A program made the translations under genes and the position numbers. From assembly GCA_012523365.1 (NCBI GenBank), contig JAAYIQ010000146.1, forward strand, positions 466-64,465: 64,000 bases of DNA. The letters are read 5' to 3'. Position 1 is the stretch's first letter. Every line of letters begins with the position of its first letter. This document shows, in pieces, positions 46,202 through 55,263 of the stretch. The notes below the pieces were generated by a model, which was not told the origin of the DNA, made no database searches, and saw only the letters and a list, made by a program, of their open reading frames with translations. This stretch comes from Clostridiaceae bacterium. GTDB taxonomy: Bacteria; Bacillota; Clostridia; Saccharofermentanales; Saccharofermentanaceae.

Positions 46202-46252
46202 GTGGTAAAATACCATATAGTGGTAAAATACCATGTGACGGAAACTGTTTCC
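46202..46252. promoter_or_regulatory. two tandem copies of GTGGTAAAATACCAT (each with palindrome TGGTA-AAA-TACCA, 18-bp period) plus a third palindrome GGAAAC-T-GTTTCC
   Basis: Read directly: copies at 46202-46216 and 46220-46234, third palindrome at 46240-46252. They lie in the divergent glf/amidase intergenic region. Confidence 0.6.
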
Positions 46253-46276
46253 GAATACGAAATACCGGGAGCGTAT

Positions 46277-47257
46277 ATGCGCAAGCATTCCCAACCCCAA
46301 CCCAGAGAAGCTTTTCGCAAGCAAGGCGTGATGATCCTTGTGCTCATCATTGCAATCCTTTGCTGTGTTGTTGCGATCGGTGTGATCGTCGTGATGGATC
46401 AAATCGCGCACATGCGTGCTTCGGAAACATACAGTACGATGGATACCGCTCAGGTCGGTACTTCGGGTGCGACCACCTCGACCGAAGAGACTTCTTTAAT
46501 TACGGAATCATCCGCTGCCGAGACGACGCTTCCTGCTGTTTCGGAAACAACGCCCCAAGCGACCACGACGCAATCGCTTCCGACCATTCCCTCCGGTATA
46601 ACCGGACCGGATCTGACCGGCTATGTCGTGGTTTTGGATCCCGGACACCAAGAGAAGCCGAACCGCGAACAGGAGCCGCTTTCACCGACGATGTCCGGCT
46701 CCAAGGATAAGGTTTCCGCAGGAACCCAAGGCGTCGCGACGGGAAGACCGGAATATGAGGTGAATCTGGAGATCGGACTTCTTCTGCGCGCTTATCTGGA
46801 AAAACTCGGATGCGTTGTTTATATGACCCGGACCGAAAATGACGTGAACATCTCGAACATCGAACGGGCACAATTTGCCCTCAGCTACTCTCCGGATGCC
46901 TATATTCGGCTTCATTGCGACGGGAGCAGTGATCCGAATCGAAAGGGGATCGGGGTATTTGTCGCAGACACCGGAAAACATAAAAGCAAACTGGTTGAAT
47001 GGTCGGATATGCTCGGTGAGGCGTTGTCGGAGGCAACCGGCGCTAAATATCGAGGGTGTTTTCCCTCGGGACGCTACAGCGGATTGAACTGGGCTACCGA
47101 TATTCCGAGTTTCCTCCTGGAAATGGGCTATATGACCAATAAAGAAGAAGATCTTCTCTTGTCCGATCCGGACTATCAACTGAAGATATGCGCGGGCATT
47201 GCCGATTTTGTCAGTCAAATGCCGCTCAACCCGGATCGACCGAAGGATTTGGATTGA
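46277..47257 (+). CDS. N-acetylmuramoyl-L-alanine amidase (Amidase_3) with N-terminal TM anchor and S/T-rich linker
   Basis: TM helix VMILVLIIAILCCVVAIGVIVV. T/S-rich spacer. Catalytic domain VVLDPGHQ...EYEVNLEI...IRLHCDG...FLLEMGYMTN. Confidence 0.82.
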   Translation: MRKHSQPQPREAFRKQGVMILVLIIAILCCVVAIGVIVVMDQIAHMRASETYSTMDTAQVGTSGATTSTEETSLITESSAAETTLPAVSETTPQATTTQSLPTIPSGITGPDLTGYVVVLDPGHQEKPNREQEPLSPTMSGSKDKVSAGTQGVATGRPEYEVNLEIGLLLRAYLEKLGCVVYMTRTENDVNISNIERAQFALSYSPDAYIRLHCDGSSDPNRKGIGVFVADTGKHKSKLVEWSDMLGEALSEATGAKYRGCFPSGRYSGLNWATDIPSFLLEMGYMTNKEEDLLLSDPDYQLKICAGIADFVSQMPLNPDRPKDLD

Positions 47258-47362
47258 TATGTGTCTTTCCCCCCCAGACCGGACCGAAACCATATCTTCG
47301 AGGGGAGGTTCATTTCGAAAATACAATTGATCGGAAATTAAAAGATTTATGATTTCCCGGAG

Positions 47363-47928
47363 ATGGAAAGAAACGGACTCCTGCTCGATATGATGCTCTA
47401 TCTTCTTGACGATCCGGAAATCGGTTCCGAGAAACGGTATTTCCGGCCGCTAACAGTCAGGATTTGTTGGTTTCCGCAATCATCTGCGACATCGATCACT
47501 ATCTGGACGGAAGCGGAAACTTTACGGTCACGGAAGAACAGATGAATGCACTCCTCGACTATGCCCTGACATGCGGCCGTATCGATGAAGCAAGCAGTAT
47601 TCAGCCGATGCCGGTAATGTTTCAGCCCTCAAATGATGATGGCTATATTCGAAAGAAATATGCTATGTATCCGGTTCGCGGCGTGATCACGACATCGTTT
47701 TGCGACATTGAAACGCTCGGCCCTGATGCTTCTTTATATGTTGGGGTCCCAACGCTCGACGGAGCGGCGCGGATGATTGACTCGCTCAACATGATCGAAG
47801 AAAATGATTATGCGTTGATGCAAATCATTATTGAAGAGTGCATGCCGGCGCTGACCGGGCAGAAGACCGCGTCGGAGACCGCGGGTATTCTCAGCAGCCG
47901 AATCAATATATACCTTCAGAGCCGGTGA
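47363..47928 (+). pseudogene. probable remnant (C-terminal third) of an extracellular solute-binding protein, split over two frames
   Basis: No signal peptide. ORFs 47363-47545 and 47464-47928 overlap in different frames. The ending ...IIIEECMPALTGQKTASETAGILSSRINIYLQS resembles the conserved C-terminus of large Firmicute SBPs as I recall it. Confidence 0.4.
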
Positions 47929-48016
47929 TTACGGGAACGGTATGTTCATAAGGGAAAAAACGACAGCGGAGTTATCGTTCAGATTGAGTAAAGATGAAAA
48001 GGATCATCGTTGCCGG

Positions 48017-48529
48017 TTAGTCACGCTTTGCCGGTACCGGCTTTTCCATTACATAATCATCCATCACAAAGCCGCCTCCGATGTCGACGACCTGGTTCCG
48101 TACGATCGAAAAGCCGATCTTCCGGTAAATGTCGACCGTCCGGGCATTCCCGCGGTTGACCGTAAGGCGGATCCGCGGAAGTTTTAGAAGCCGGCATTGA
48201 TCCTCGATAAACTCAAAAGACACGCGCGCTAGACCTCGGCCGCGGTAGTCGTGAAGGATGTAGATTTTGCTCAGGAAAAGAGCATCCGAGTCTGGGCGGA
48301 TCGCGAAAAAACCGACGTTTTTTCCGTCACAGGGGATGAAATAGTATTGATAGCCCTCGTTTCGGATCTGCTTGCTGATCGCCGACTCCGACTGGAAGCG
48401 ACAGACCATATAGTCGACCTGTTCTTGGCCTATGATCGGCGGAAAATGCTCGTTCCAGATCGCTCTTGCCAAATCAGAGAGGCGTCGGATCTGCGTTTTG
48501 GTTTTTACAAATTCAAAATCCCCGTTCAT
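48017..48529 (-). CDS. GNAT family N-acetyltransferase
   Basis: 170 aa. Acetyl-CoA motif A, HDYRGRGLARVSF. Confidence 0.8.
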   Translation of the reverse strand: MNGDFEFVKTKTQIRRLSDLARAIWNEHFPPIIGQEQVDYMVCRFQSESAISKQIRNEGYQYYFIPCDGKNVGFFAIRPDSDALFLSKIYILHDYRGRGLARVSFEFIEDQCRLLKLPRIRLTVNRGNARTVDIYRKIGFSIVRNQVVDIGGGFVMDDYVMEKPVPAKRD

Positions 48530-48781
48530 ATTTCATATCTCCCACAAAAAGTATACTACGCAATCGAGGAGGAATGAAGTATCGCGGCACGATTATTTTT
48601 CGCGCTACAAAATGTCCGTTTCACCATCGAAAGAGTCCGTTCTGATGATTGCGCTCCTTGGTTCGGACGGCGACTGCTCCATCGTTTTAACAACACACGA
48701 AAGGAGTCGAAGTCTCGAAAAGTTAAGCGCCCGCATTCAAAAATTTTCTCGTACTCTGAGAAGAGCGATCCTGTTCCGGAC

Positions 48782-49453
48782 TTATTGTGCCGGTACCGTC
48801 TCGGCCGGCTTATCGGTCACGGTATCCGCCTGATCCGGAAGGGGATTCGGTTTTATGAAAAACAAAAGGACAAACAACGCCGATATCCCGAGTGCATAAG
48901 AGAGGATCGAAGGCAGATCTCCGAGCAACGAAGCCCCACATACGGAAGAGGGAACCCCGTACGAGATTCGATCAACGATGTAGACAGCGATCAATGTTGC
49001 GAAACATCCGGCATGAAGGATGAGCGCGATTGCGGGAACGCGAGTTCGGATGTTCGCACGGTAGTACACAAAAAAAGCGATCATTGTCACTACCAGAGTC
49101 GTCAAAGCGAGAACCGGAATCAACGACATAGAACTTGGATCAGAAAATACCGAGAGAAGTATAAGGATCAGGAAAAAACCCAACAGTACCGTCAGGATCC
49201 CGAAAGGGATCGCGAGGCGTTTTCTTTTGCTCCGAAAAGCGGGCAGAGAGAAGATGCCGATCAAGAGGACCGAGGAAAAGAATAACAAGAAAAACAGGAC
49301 TGTTACGACCGTCTGAACCCATAGGATCGATAACCCGTAAAAAACGATATCACGCCGCAGAAGTTCTGTGGTCATCAATGCAACAGCGAGGGCCAGAAGT
49401 CCCAAAACGATAAATCCGGCGAAACCATCACGATTCCATGTTTTTGTTTCCAT
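48782..49453 (-). CDS. hypothetical polytopic membrane protein (about 6 TM)
   Basis: Hydrophobic segments throughout and a proline/acidic C-terminal tail. No family recognised. Start taken as METKTW. Confidence 0.5.
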   Translation of the reverse strand: METKTWNRDGFAGFIVLGLLALAVALMTTELLRRDIVFYGLSILWVQTVVTVLFFLLFFSSVLLIGIFSLPAFRSKRKRLAIPFGILTVLLGFFLILILLSVFSDPSSMSLIPVLALTTLVVTMIAFFVYYRANIRTRVPAIALILHAGCFATLIAVYIVDRISYGVPSSVCGASLLGDLPSILSYALGISALFVLLFFIKPNPLPDQADTVTDKPAETVPAQ

Positions 49454-49488
49454 ACAAATTTGTCCTCGTTCCATTCTCCAAGTACAGC

Positions 49489-49833
49489 TTATTTAGCGGA
49501 CGAATAGTGATCGATCGCCGACGCACACTCGTCGAGAAAAGCCTCCTCGCCAAACGTGTTGATCTTGAAAAACATTGCCTGGCTGCCGCCGGAGGTGATC
49601 GCGGAGACCGCGATTTGATCTTTGATGCCAAGGATTGTCAGGTTGAGACTGACGCGATTCCCGCCGATCATACTGTAGCGCTCATACACGCGCACGGAGA
49701 CGCGGGCGTTACTCACGGTGAAATCACTGCCGTCTTCAAAGGTTGCGGTCATACTTCCCGAAGTGATCGCGTTATCCATATAGCGAACAAAATCATCGAA
49801 ATTTCCTGTTAACGTATTTTCATATTTTGCCAT
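49489..49833 (-). CDS. small soluble hypothetical protein (about 114 aa)
   Basis: MAKYENTLTGNFDDFVRYMD... preceded by AAAGGAA. It ends 35 nt before the downstream membrane-protein gene. No family confidently recognised. Confidence 0.5.
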   Translation of the reverse strand: MAKYENTLTGNFDDFVRYMDNAITSGSMTATFEDGSDFTVSNARVSVRVYERYSMIGGNRVSLNLTILGIKDQIAVSAITSGGSQAMFFKINTFGEEAFLDECASAIDHYSSAK

Positions 49834-50062
49834 TTTCGGTTCCTTTCGGCGAGTGTTATGAGGTGTCATTATGCCTGAAAATAGTATGACTATAGTTATT
49901 ATAGTAATCCCGTAACGTGTCCATACGATTACACCCTGTTTACATTAATCTCAGGCGATTCCGGCCGCTTTTCGATCGAAAAGCGGGAACGGATAGAAAA
50001 AGCGGATCCCGATTCACGAAACCCGCTTATCTGCTCTTTGGTTATGAAAAGAAATGTTGTGC

Positions 50063-51199
50063 TCAGGAGGACGGTTGATTCTTTTTTCTTCTTGAGAAAA
50101 CATGCCGAAGGTTCGTCATCCATCTCTGTAAAGTCAACTTCAGGCCTTTCTTACTGCCTGCACCGATAAACAAACTCTGAAGGACGATGAAGATAAAGAG
50201 AAACGCCGAGGTGATGATCCGCGGCCACGAGGCTTCGGTGATACCCAACAGAGGGACGACCCGCTCAATCAGGGAATTGATCAGCACGCCGAACAGTGTG
50301 CCGATGGGAAGTCCCACACCGCCGCTCAACATCACGCCTCCGATCACGCTCGATGATATCGCGTCGATTTCGTAGGCGACTCCGTTCCCGGGGTTTCCGG
50401 ACGGAGACAAGAGGGTGAAGAGGAAGCCGCCGATGCCGGCGAGAAGCCCGCAAAGCACGTGTGCCATGAATTTTGTCTTCCGTACATTGATTCCCATCAG
50501 TAACGCACTTTGCGGATTGCCGCCGACTGCGTAAAGCGCGCGGCCGAACTTGGTCTTTTTGAGCGTGATAATCAGGATGATCAGGACTACGATCGCAATG
50601 ATGGAAGCCGGAGTCAGATATGCGATATCGAGAGTCCCGTTTTTACGTTCGTTATAAAGAAAGGGAATAAAAACTTTTGCGCCGGACCAGCTCATAAAGG
50701 TTTTATCAGAGATCGGTACCGAGACGGCGTTGATGACGCTGATCATGCCGCGGGCGAAAAACAATCCCGAAAGAGTGACAATGAACGGTTGAATTTCTAT
50801 GTACGCGACCAGAAAGCCTTGGACGGCACCGAAAACGATCCCGATTGCAAGCGAGGCGGGGATGGTCCAAATCGCGTCGACCCCTTCCTGTGTGAGCATT
50901 GTTGCGATCACCATGCTGACTAATCCGGTTACGCTTCCGACAGAAATATCGATACTACCGGTGATCAGAACCACGGTCAACCCCAAAGCCAGCAAGAGTA
51001 AATGAGCTTTGTTGTTGAGTAAATTAAAGAATACGGAATACTTTGCGAAGTTACTGCTCTTGAAATAGATCGTCGAAGCGAAATAAAGCGTGAAAAAGAG
51101 CAGTATGGTAATCATCAGAAGGATTCCCGTATTGCTGATGCGCTTACGCTTCAGAAGGGGGAAAGAGTCTCCGGTTGTATGCGGTTTAATTTTCATCAC
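50063..51199 (-). CDS. CUT2 ABC sugar permease (YjfF-like)
   Basis: Ribose/galactofuranose-type permease pattern of about 9-10 TM. Overlaps the upstream permease gene by 14 nt. Confidence 0.8.
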   Translation of the reverse strand: MMKIKPHTTGDSFPLLKRKRISNTGILLMITILLFFTLYFASTIYFKSSNFAKYSVFFNLLNNKAHLLLLALGLTVVLITGSIDISVGSVTGLVSMVIATMLTQEGVDAIWTIPASLAIGIVFGAVQGFLVAYIEIQPFIVTLSGLFFARGMISVINAVSVPISDKTFMSWSGAKVFIPFLYNERKNGTLDIAYLTPASIIAIVVLIILIITLKKTKFGRALYAVGGNPQSALLMGINVRKTKFMAHVLCGLLAGIGGFLFTLLSPSGNPGNGVAYEIDAISSSVIGGVMLSGGVGLPIGTLFGVLINSLIERVVPLLGITEASWPRIITSAFLFIFIVLQSLFIGAGSKKGLKLTLQRWMTNLRHVFSRRKKNQPSS

Positions 51200-52361
51200 T
51201 GCACCCCCCGACGACTGTGGTTTTTTTTGAAGATTTAGGGATTGAACTCAGGATCCTGCGGATCAATCTCTTGATTCTTTCTTTGAAGATTTCACTGCTT
51301 GCGACGATGATCACAACGATGATCAGGGCTTTGAAAACATTCAGCTGATCGGGGCGAACATTCATTGCGTAAAGCGTGGTTGTAATCGCCTGAATGGTAT
51401 ATGCGCCGATGACAGAGCCGGCGATGCTGAACTTTCCTCCGCTCAGACTGTTACCGCCCAAAGCGACCGCCAGAATCGCGTCCATCTCGATGGACATGCC
51501 CAATTCTCCTGAGTTGACGCTTCCGACTCCGCTGGAGCCCACAAGGCCGGCAACGCCGGCCAGAAGTCCGCAAATCACGAATGCCATGAATTTAACCGCA
51601 TTCGAATTCAGGCCCACCAGGCGAGCAGCGGAGCCGTTGATGCCGACGCTTTGCACATAAAGCCCCAGACTGGTCAACTTTACAAGCAGCGTGACGAGGA
51701 TGACAAAAAGGAGACTGATCAAAATCGTAGTTCGTATGGGAACCCCCGGAATCTGAACCCCCAAATACTTGTAAACAGGATTCATAATATATATGGTCTG
51801 GCCATGCGTGATCAGTTTCGCGATCGACCGACCGGCCGTAAACAGGATCAGCGTCGCGATCATCGGCTGAATTTTCAGATATGAAACCATGATTCCGTTA
51901 AAGGCGCCGCACAGGACACCGGCCAGAAGTCCGATGAACAAGGCCAGGATATAAGGGTTTTGAAACACGTCGGTCCGGTATTCGGATCCGTTCAAAAGAA
52001 GGCCGCAAAAACTTGCCGCAATCGCCATGATCGGACCGACACTCAGATCCACGCCGCCGGAAACCGCAATGACCAAGGTCATGCCCAAAGTAATGATGAG
52101 CAATTCTCCGGCTTCATCCATTATACTTGGGATATATCCCGACAGAAGACCATTCTTGATCGAAATATCGAAAAAATTCGGAGTCGAGATGATGTTCTGT
52201 ACGATGACGGCCGTCAGGACAAGAAGCGGAATGGCGAGCTTATGTCCGAATATCTTTCGCAAGGGTGTTTCCAGAATCGAAAACAAGCGCTGAAAGATAA
52301 CGATCAGTCTCGAAAAGAAACGTTTGATTTGTACGACGACCTTATTCATTATTTCCGTCAC
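51186..52361 (-). CDS. CUT2 ABC sugar permease (YtfT-like)
   Basis: Same permease family as above. Overlaps the ATPase gene end by 20 nt. An N-terminal extension is possible, with an alternative start at MNKVVV. Confidence 0.8.
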   Translation of the reverse strand: MTEIMNKVVVQIKRFFSRLIVIFQRLFSILETPLRKIFGHKLAIPLLVLTAVIVQNIISTPNFFDISIKNGLLSGYIPSIMDEAGELLIITLGMTLVIAVSGGVDLSVGPIMAIAASFCGLLLNGSEYRTDVFQNPYILALFIGLLAGVLCGAFNGIMVSYLKIQPMIATLILFTAGRSIAKLITHGQTIYIMNPVYKYLGVQIPGVPIRTTILISLLFVILVTLLVKLTSLGLYVQSVGINGSAARLVGLNSNAVKFMAFVICGLLAGVAGLVGSSGVGSVNSGELGMSIEMDAILAVALGGNSLSGGKFSIAGSVIGAYTIQAITTTLYAMNVRPDQLNVFKALIIVVIIVASSEIFKERIKRLIRRILSSIPKSSKKTTVVGGCSDEN

Positions 52362-53883
52362 CCCCCGCGATAGTCCGAATAATCATACTCTGATCTATGT
52401 TTTCCTCACTGAGTTCACCGACTTTTCGGCGATCGCGCATGACGACCATTCTGGAGCATGTTCGGATCATTTCATCCATTTCCGAAGAAATAAACGCGAT
52501 GCTTTTACCCTCCGACGCGAGTTTCAGGATCAGTCTCTGGATCTCAGTCTTTGTTCCCACGTCGATTCCCCGGGTCGGCTCATCCAGTATCATGAACTCC
52601 GGATTGGTCAGAAGCCAACGCGCAAGAATGACTTTTTGCTGGTTACCTCCGGAAAGACTCTTGACCGGCGTCTCGGTTCCGGCGGTCTTGATGCTCAATA
52701 GTTTTATATATTCATCGGCGTATTTCTCCGCTTCCTTTCGGGAGATGCGTCGAAGCATTCCTCTTTTTGCCTGGAGAGCGATGACGATATTCTCCCGTAC
52801 GGAAAGCTCGGACAGGATCCCTTCCGCTTTTCGATCCTCCGGCAAATACGCCATTCCTTTTTTTATGGCGCTCAGCGGCTTTTTGATCCGCGAAGCTTTA
52901 CCTCTGACATAAAGCTTTCCGATCACCGATTTATCCGCTCCGTAAATCGAGCGGACGAGCTCACTTCGCCCGGAACCGAGAAGCCCCGCGAATCCGACGA
53001 CTTCGCCTTTATACATTTTTAGATCAAAAGGGGCGACCTTGGCGTTGCCGCTGGATAAGCCGACAGCCTCAATGATCGGAGTTTCATCCGCCGGCTTCAC
53101 CTTTTCCTTTTCGGAACTGAGAACCGAGAGGTTTTCGATTTCCTTACCCATCATTTTGCTGACGAGCTCCAACCGCGACAGGTTCCGGACCTCGTATTCA
53201 CCAACTAACTCTCCGTTTCGAAGGACTGTGATCCGGTCGCAGATCTCGTATACCTGTTCTAAGAAATGCGTTATAAAAATGATTCCGACGCCCGATTCCT
53301 TCAAGTGCCTCATCAGCGCGAAAATGCGCCGAACCTCATCGGCATCCAAAGAGGAGGTAGGTTCATCAAGAATCAGAAATTTGCACTTTGTATTCACGGC
53401 TCGTGCGATCGCGATCATCTGCTGGATTGCAATCGAACAGCTGTCAAGCTGAGCCGTCGGCGAGGCGGAAATATTGAGCTCTCTGAGCAATTCCGTCGCT
53501 TGAATGTTCATTTTTCGCCAGGCGATCAAGCCCATCGAACGAGGCTCGCGCCCCAGAAAGAGATTCTCGGCAACCGTCAGGTTCGGGCACAGGTTCACTT
53601 CCTGATAAACGGTGCTGATTCCCTGTTTCTGAGCATCCTGAGGTGATTTAATCATGATGGACTTTCCGTCCAGGCGGACAGATCCGCAATCCATCGAATA
53701 AACTCCGGTCAACACCTTGACAAGAGTTGATTTCCCCGCTCCGTTTTCACCCATCAGCGCGTGAATCTCTCCGCGTCGCAGATTGAAGTTAACATTACGG
53801 AGCGCACAGACTCCGGGGAAAGACTTCCCGATTCCGTTCATGGTCAGTGCTGGATTCTGAATGTCATCAGTTTGTTTATTCAT
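52342..53883 (-). CDS. sugar ABC transporter ATP-binding protein with two fused ABC cassettes (YtfR/RbsA-like)
   Basis: Walker A GENGAGKST and GLLGSGRSE. Signature LSGGNQQKV. 513 aa. Confidence 0.9.
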   Translation of the reverse strand: MNKQTDDIQNPALTMNGIGKSFPGVCALRNVNFNLRRGEIHALMGENGAGKSTLVKVLTGVYSMDCGSVRLDGKSIMIKSPQDAQKQGISTVYQEVNLCPNLTVAENLFLGREPRSMGLIAWRKMNIQATELLRELNISASPTAQLDSCSIAIQQMIAIARAVNTKCKFLILDEPTSSLDADEVRRIFALMRHLKESGVGIIFITHFLEQVYEICDRITVLRNGELVGEYEVRNLSRLELVSKMMGKEIENLSVLSSEKEKVKPADETPIIEAVGLSSGNAKVAPFDLKMYKGEVVGFAGLLGSGRSELVRSIYGADKSVIGKLYVRGKASRIKKPLSAIKKGMAYLPEDRKAEGILSELSVRENIVIALQAKRGMLRRISRKEAEKYADEYIKLLSIKTAGTETPVKSLSGGNQQKVILARWLLTNPEFMILDEPTRGIDVGTKTEIQRLILKLASEGKSIAFISSEMDEMIRTCSRMVVMRDRRKVGELSEENIDQSMIIRTIAGGDGNNE

Positions 53884-53908
53884 TTTGTCCGCTCACCTTA
53901 ATTGGTTT

Positions 53909-53942
53909 TGGTTCGGGGAGATCCGAAAATCCCCCCGAACCA
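53909..53942 (-). promoter_or_regulatory. 10-bp intercistronic hairpin between the binding-protein and ATPase genes
   Basis: tggttcgggg (53909-53918) pairs with ccccgaacca (53933-53942). No U-run follows on the transcribed strand. Confidence 0.65.
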
Positions 53943-53991
53943 AATATCCTAATCATCACACCGGAAAAACTTTGTACGGGAGTCCAGGAGA

Positions 53992-55035
53992 TTAATAAGA
54001 ACGAGCGTCTACAATCGCCTGGGTGATCGTGTCATAATAGAAAGCCGCTTCTTCAACAACCTCGACCTTAGCGGGAGATCCGCCGGCCTCGATGGTTTGG
54101 ATAATCTCTGCGACCTTCGGTCCGTGCAGGGGGTTGCACTCGACGTTGCAGTTGATCTTGCCTTCCAGAGTCATCTGGAGGTAGGCTCTGTTTGCGTCAA
54201 AAGAGATGATCGCGACGCCGTCGTCACCGCCGACCTTCATTCCGGCTTCTTCGAGAGCCTGAATCGCACCGTCAGCCATGTTGTCGTTTTCAGCATAAAC
54301 AACATGGATCTTATCGCCGTGCTGCTGAATCCAGGAAGTCATGATCTCTTTTGCGGTATCGGTGCTCCACTCGCCGGTTTGATGGGCAAGGAGTTTCCAG
54401 TTGGAATTCTTATCAATCGCTTCTACTAAGGCTTCACTGCGGCCGATCTGAGCGGATGCTCCGAGTTGGCCCTGAAGATTAACGATGTTGACTTCCTTGT
54501 CGGAAGTGAATCGGGTGGAGATCCAATCCGTCGCCTTTACGCCCTCAGCCTTGAAGTCGGAACCGACCCAGCAGGTATAGAGGTCTGCGCTGGCGTTGAT
54601 GGTACGATCCATCAAAATAACGGGGATGCCGGCATTCTTTGCGTTGGTCAGAACGGTATCCCAACCGTCCATGTTGACCGCGGCGATAACAATGTAGTCA
54701 ACTTCCTGATCGATGAAGCCTTGAACGTCCGCAACTTGCTTCGCGGCATCGTTGTTGGAGTCGGCAAGGATCAATTTGTAGCCATTTGCTTCACTCAAGG
54801 TTTCCTGCATGGACTTGGTGTTCGCCATGCGCCAGTCGGACTCGTCTGCTTTGCACTGAGCAAAACCGACCACGATCAACTCGTCGGCAGGTGCCGGAGT
54901 CGTGTCGGCGGCTTTGGCCGTCGTTGTGGCAACAGCGGGTGCCGTCGTCTCGGCGGGCTTTTCGGTACAAGCGGCGGCCATCACGAGCAACGCGAGGACA
55001 CACATGATGCTAATGCTTCTGAGTAATTTTCTCAT
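53992..55035 (-). CDS. YtfQ-like (furanose-type) periplasmic sugar-binding lipoprotein, transport component
   Basis: Lipobox LVMAAAC and a T/A/P linker. The blocks VGFAQCKADESDWR, IPVILMDRTI, YAENDNMADGAIQALEEAG and CNVECNP align by eye with my recollection of E. coli YtfQ. Confidence 0.8.
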   Translation of the reverse strand: MRKLLRSISIMCVLALLVMAAACTEKPAETTAPAVATTTAKAADTTPAPADELIVVGFAQCKADESDWRMANTKSMQETLSEANGYKLILADSNNDAAKQVADVQGFIDQEVDYIVIAAVNMDGWDTVLTNAKNAGIPVILMDRTINASADLYTCWVGSDFKAEGVKATDWISTRFTSDKEVNIVNLQGQLGASAQIGRSEALVEAIDKNSNWKLLAHQTGEWSTDTAKEIMTSWIQQHGDKIHVVYAENDNMADGAIQALEEAGMKVGGDDGVAIISFDANRAYLQMTLEGKINCNVECNPLHGPKVAEIIQTIEAGGSPAKVEVVEEAAFYYDTITQAIVDARSY

Positions 55036-55263
55036 AATTTTTCTCCTCCTGATTAGTTGGTAGAATTAGAGACGTTACATTCTCTACGGTTAACGTTAGT
55101 CGGCTCGAGGTGAATATACTATGCTCATCCTTTTGGATTTGTCCGGATATTTTATGAGTTTCCCGGTTTTTAGCGAAATCAACTATAAATTCTTGTGCAA
55201 ATACTATGAATTTTTACGATTTGACCAAGTTGTTGTTTACTGACCGTCGAAGGCTATAGTAGA

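Noticed and set aside
46202-46276. A GTG start at 46202 giving MVKYHIVVKYHV... in front of the amidase.
   Set aside because: The repeated VKYH is just the translation of the tandem 15-mer DNA repeat. There is no RBS. The ATG at 46277 gives a normal basic N-terminus plus TM anchor.
48574-48645. A 23-codon mini-ORF (MKYRGTIIFRATKCPFHHRKSPF) directly after a GAGGAGG sequence in the GNAT/membrane-protein spacer.
   Set aside because: The Shine-Dalgarno to ATG spacing is only about 1 nt. The ORF is on the opposite strand to both flanking genes, and nothing suggests a conserved peptide. The GAGGAGG is more simply chance.
49965-49986. A perfect palindrome ccgcttttcgatcgaaaagcgg. It shares the tcgaaaagc/gcttttcga core with the tRNA-Leu leader hairpin (9217-9243) and with 7870-7881, which hinted at a dispersed repeat family.
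   Set aside because: The shared core is only 9-11 nt and also occurs inside coding regions (for example 5309-5317 and 13748-13757) as ordinary F-E-K/A-F-R codons. The flanks are unrelated. It is probably coincidence. The palindrome may be part of the ABC operon's terminator region.
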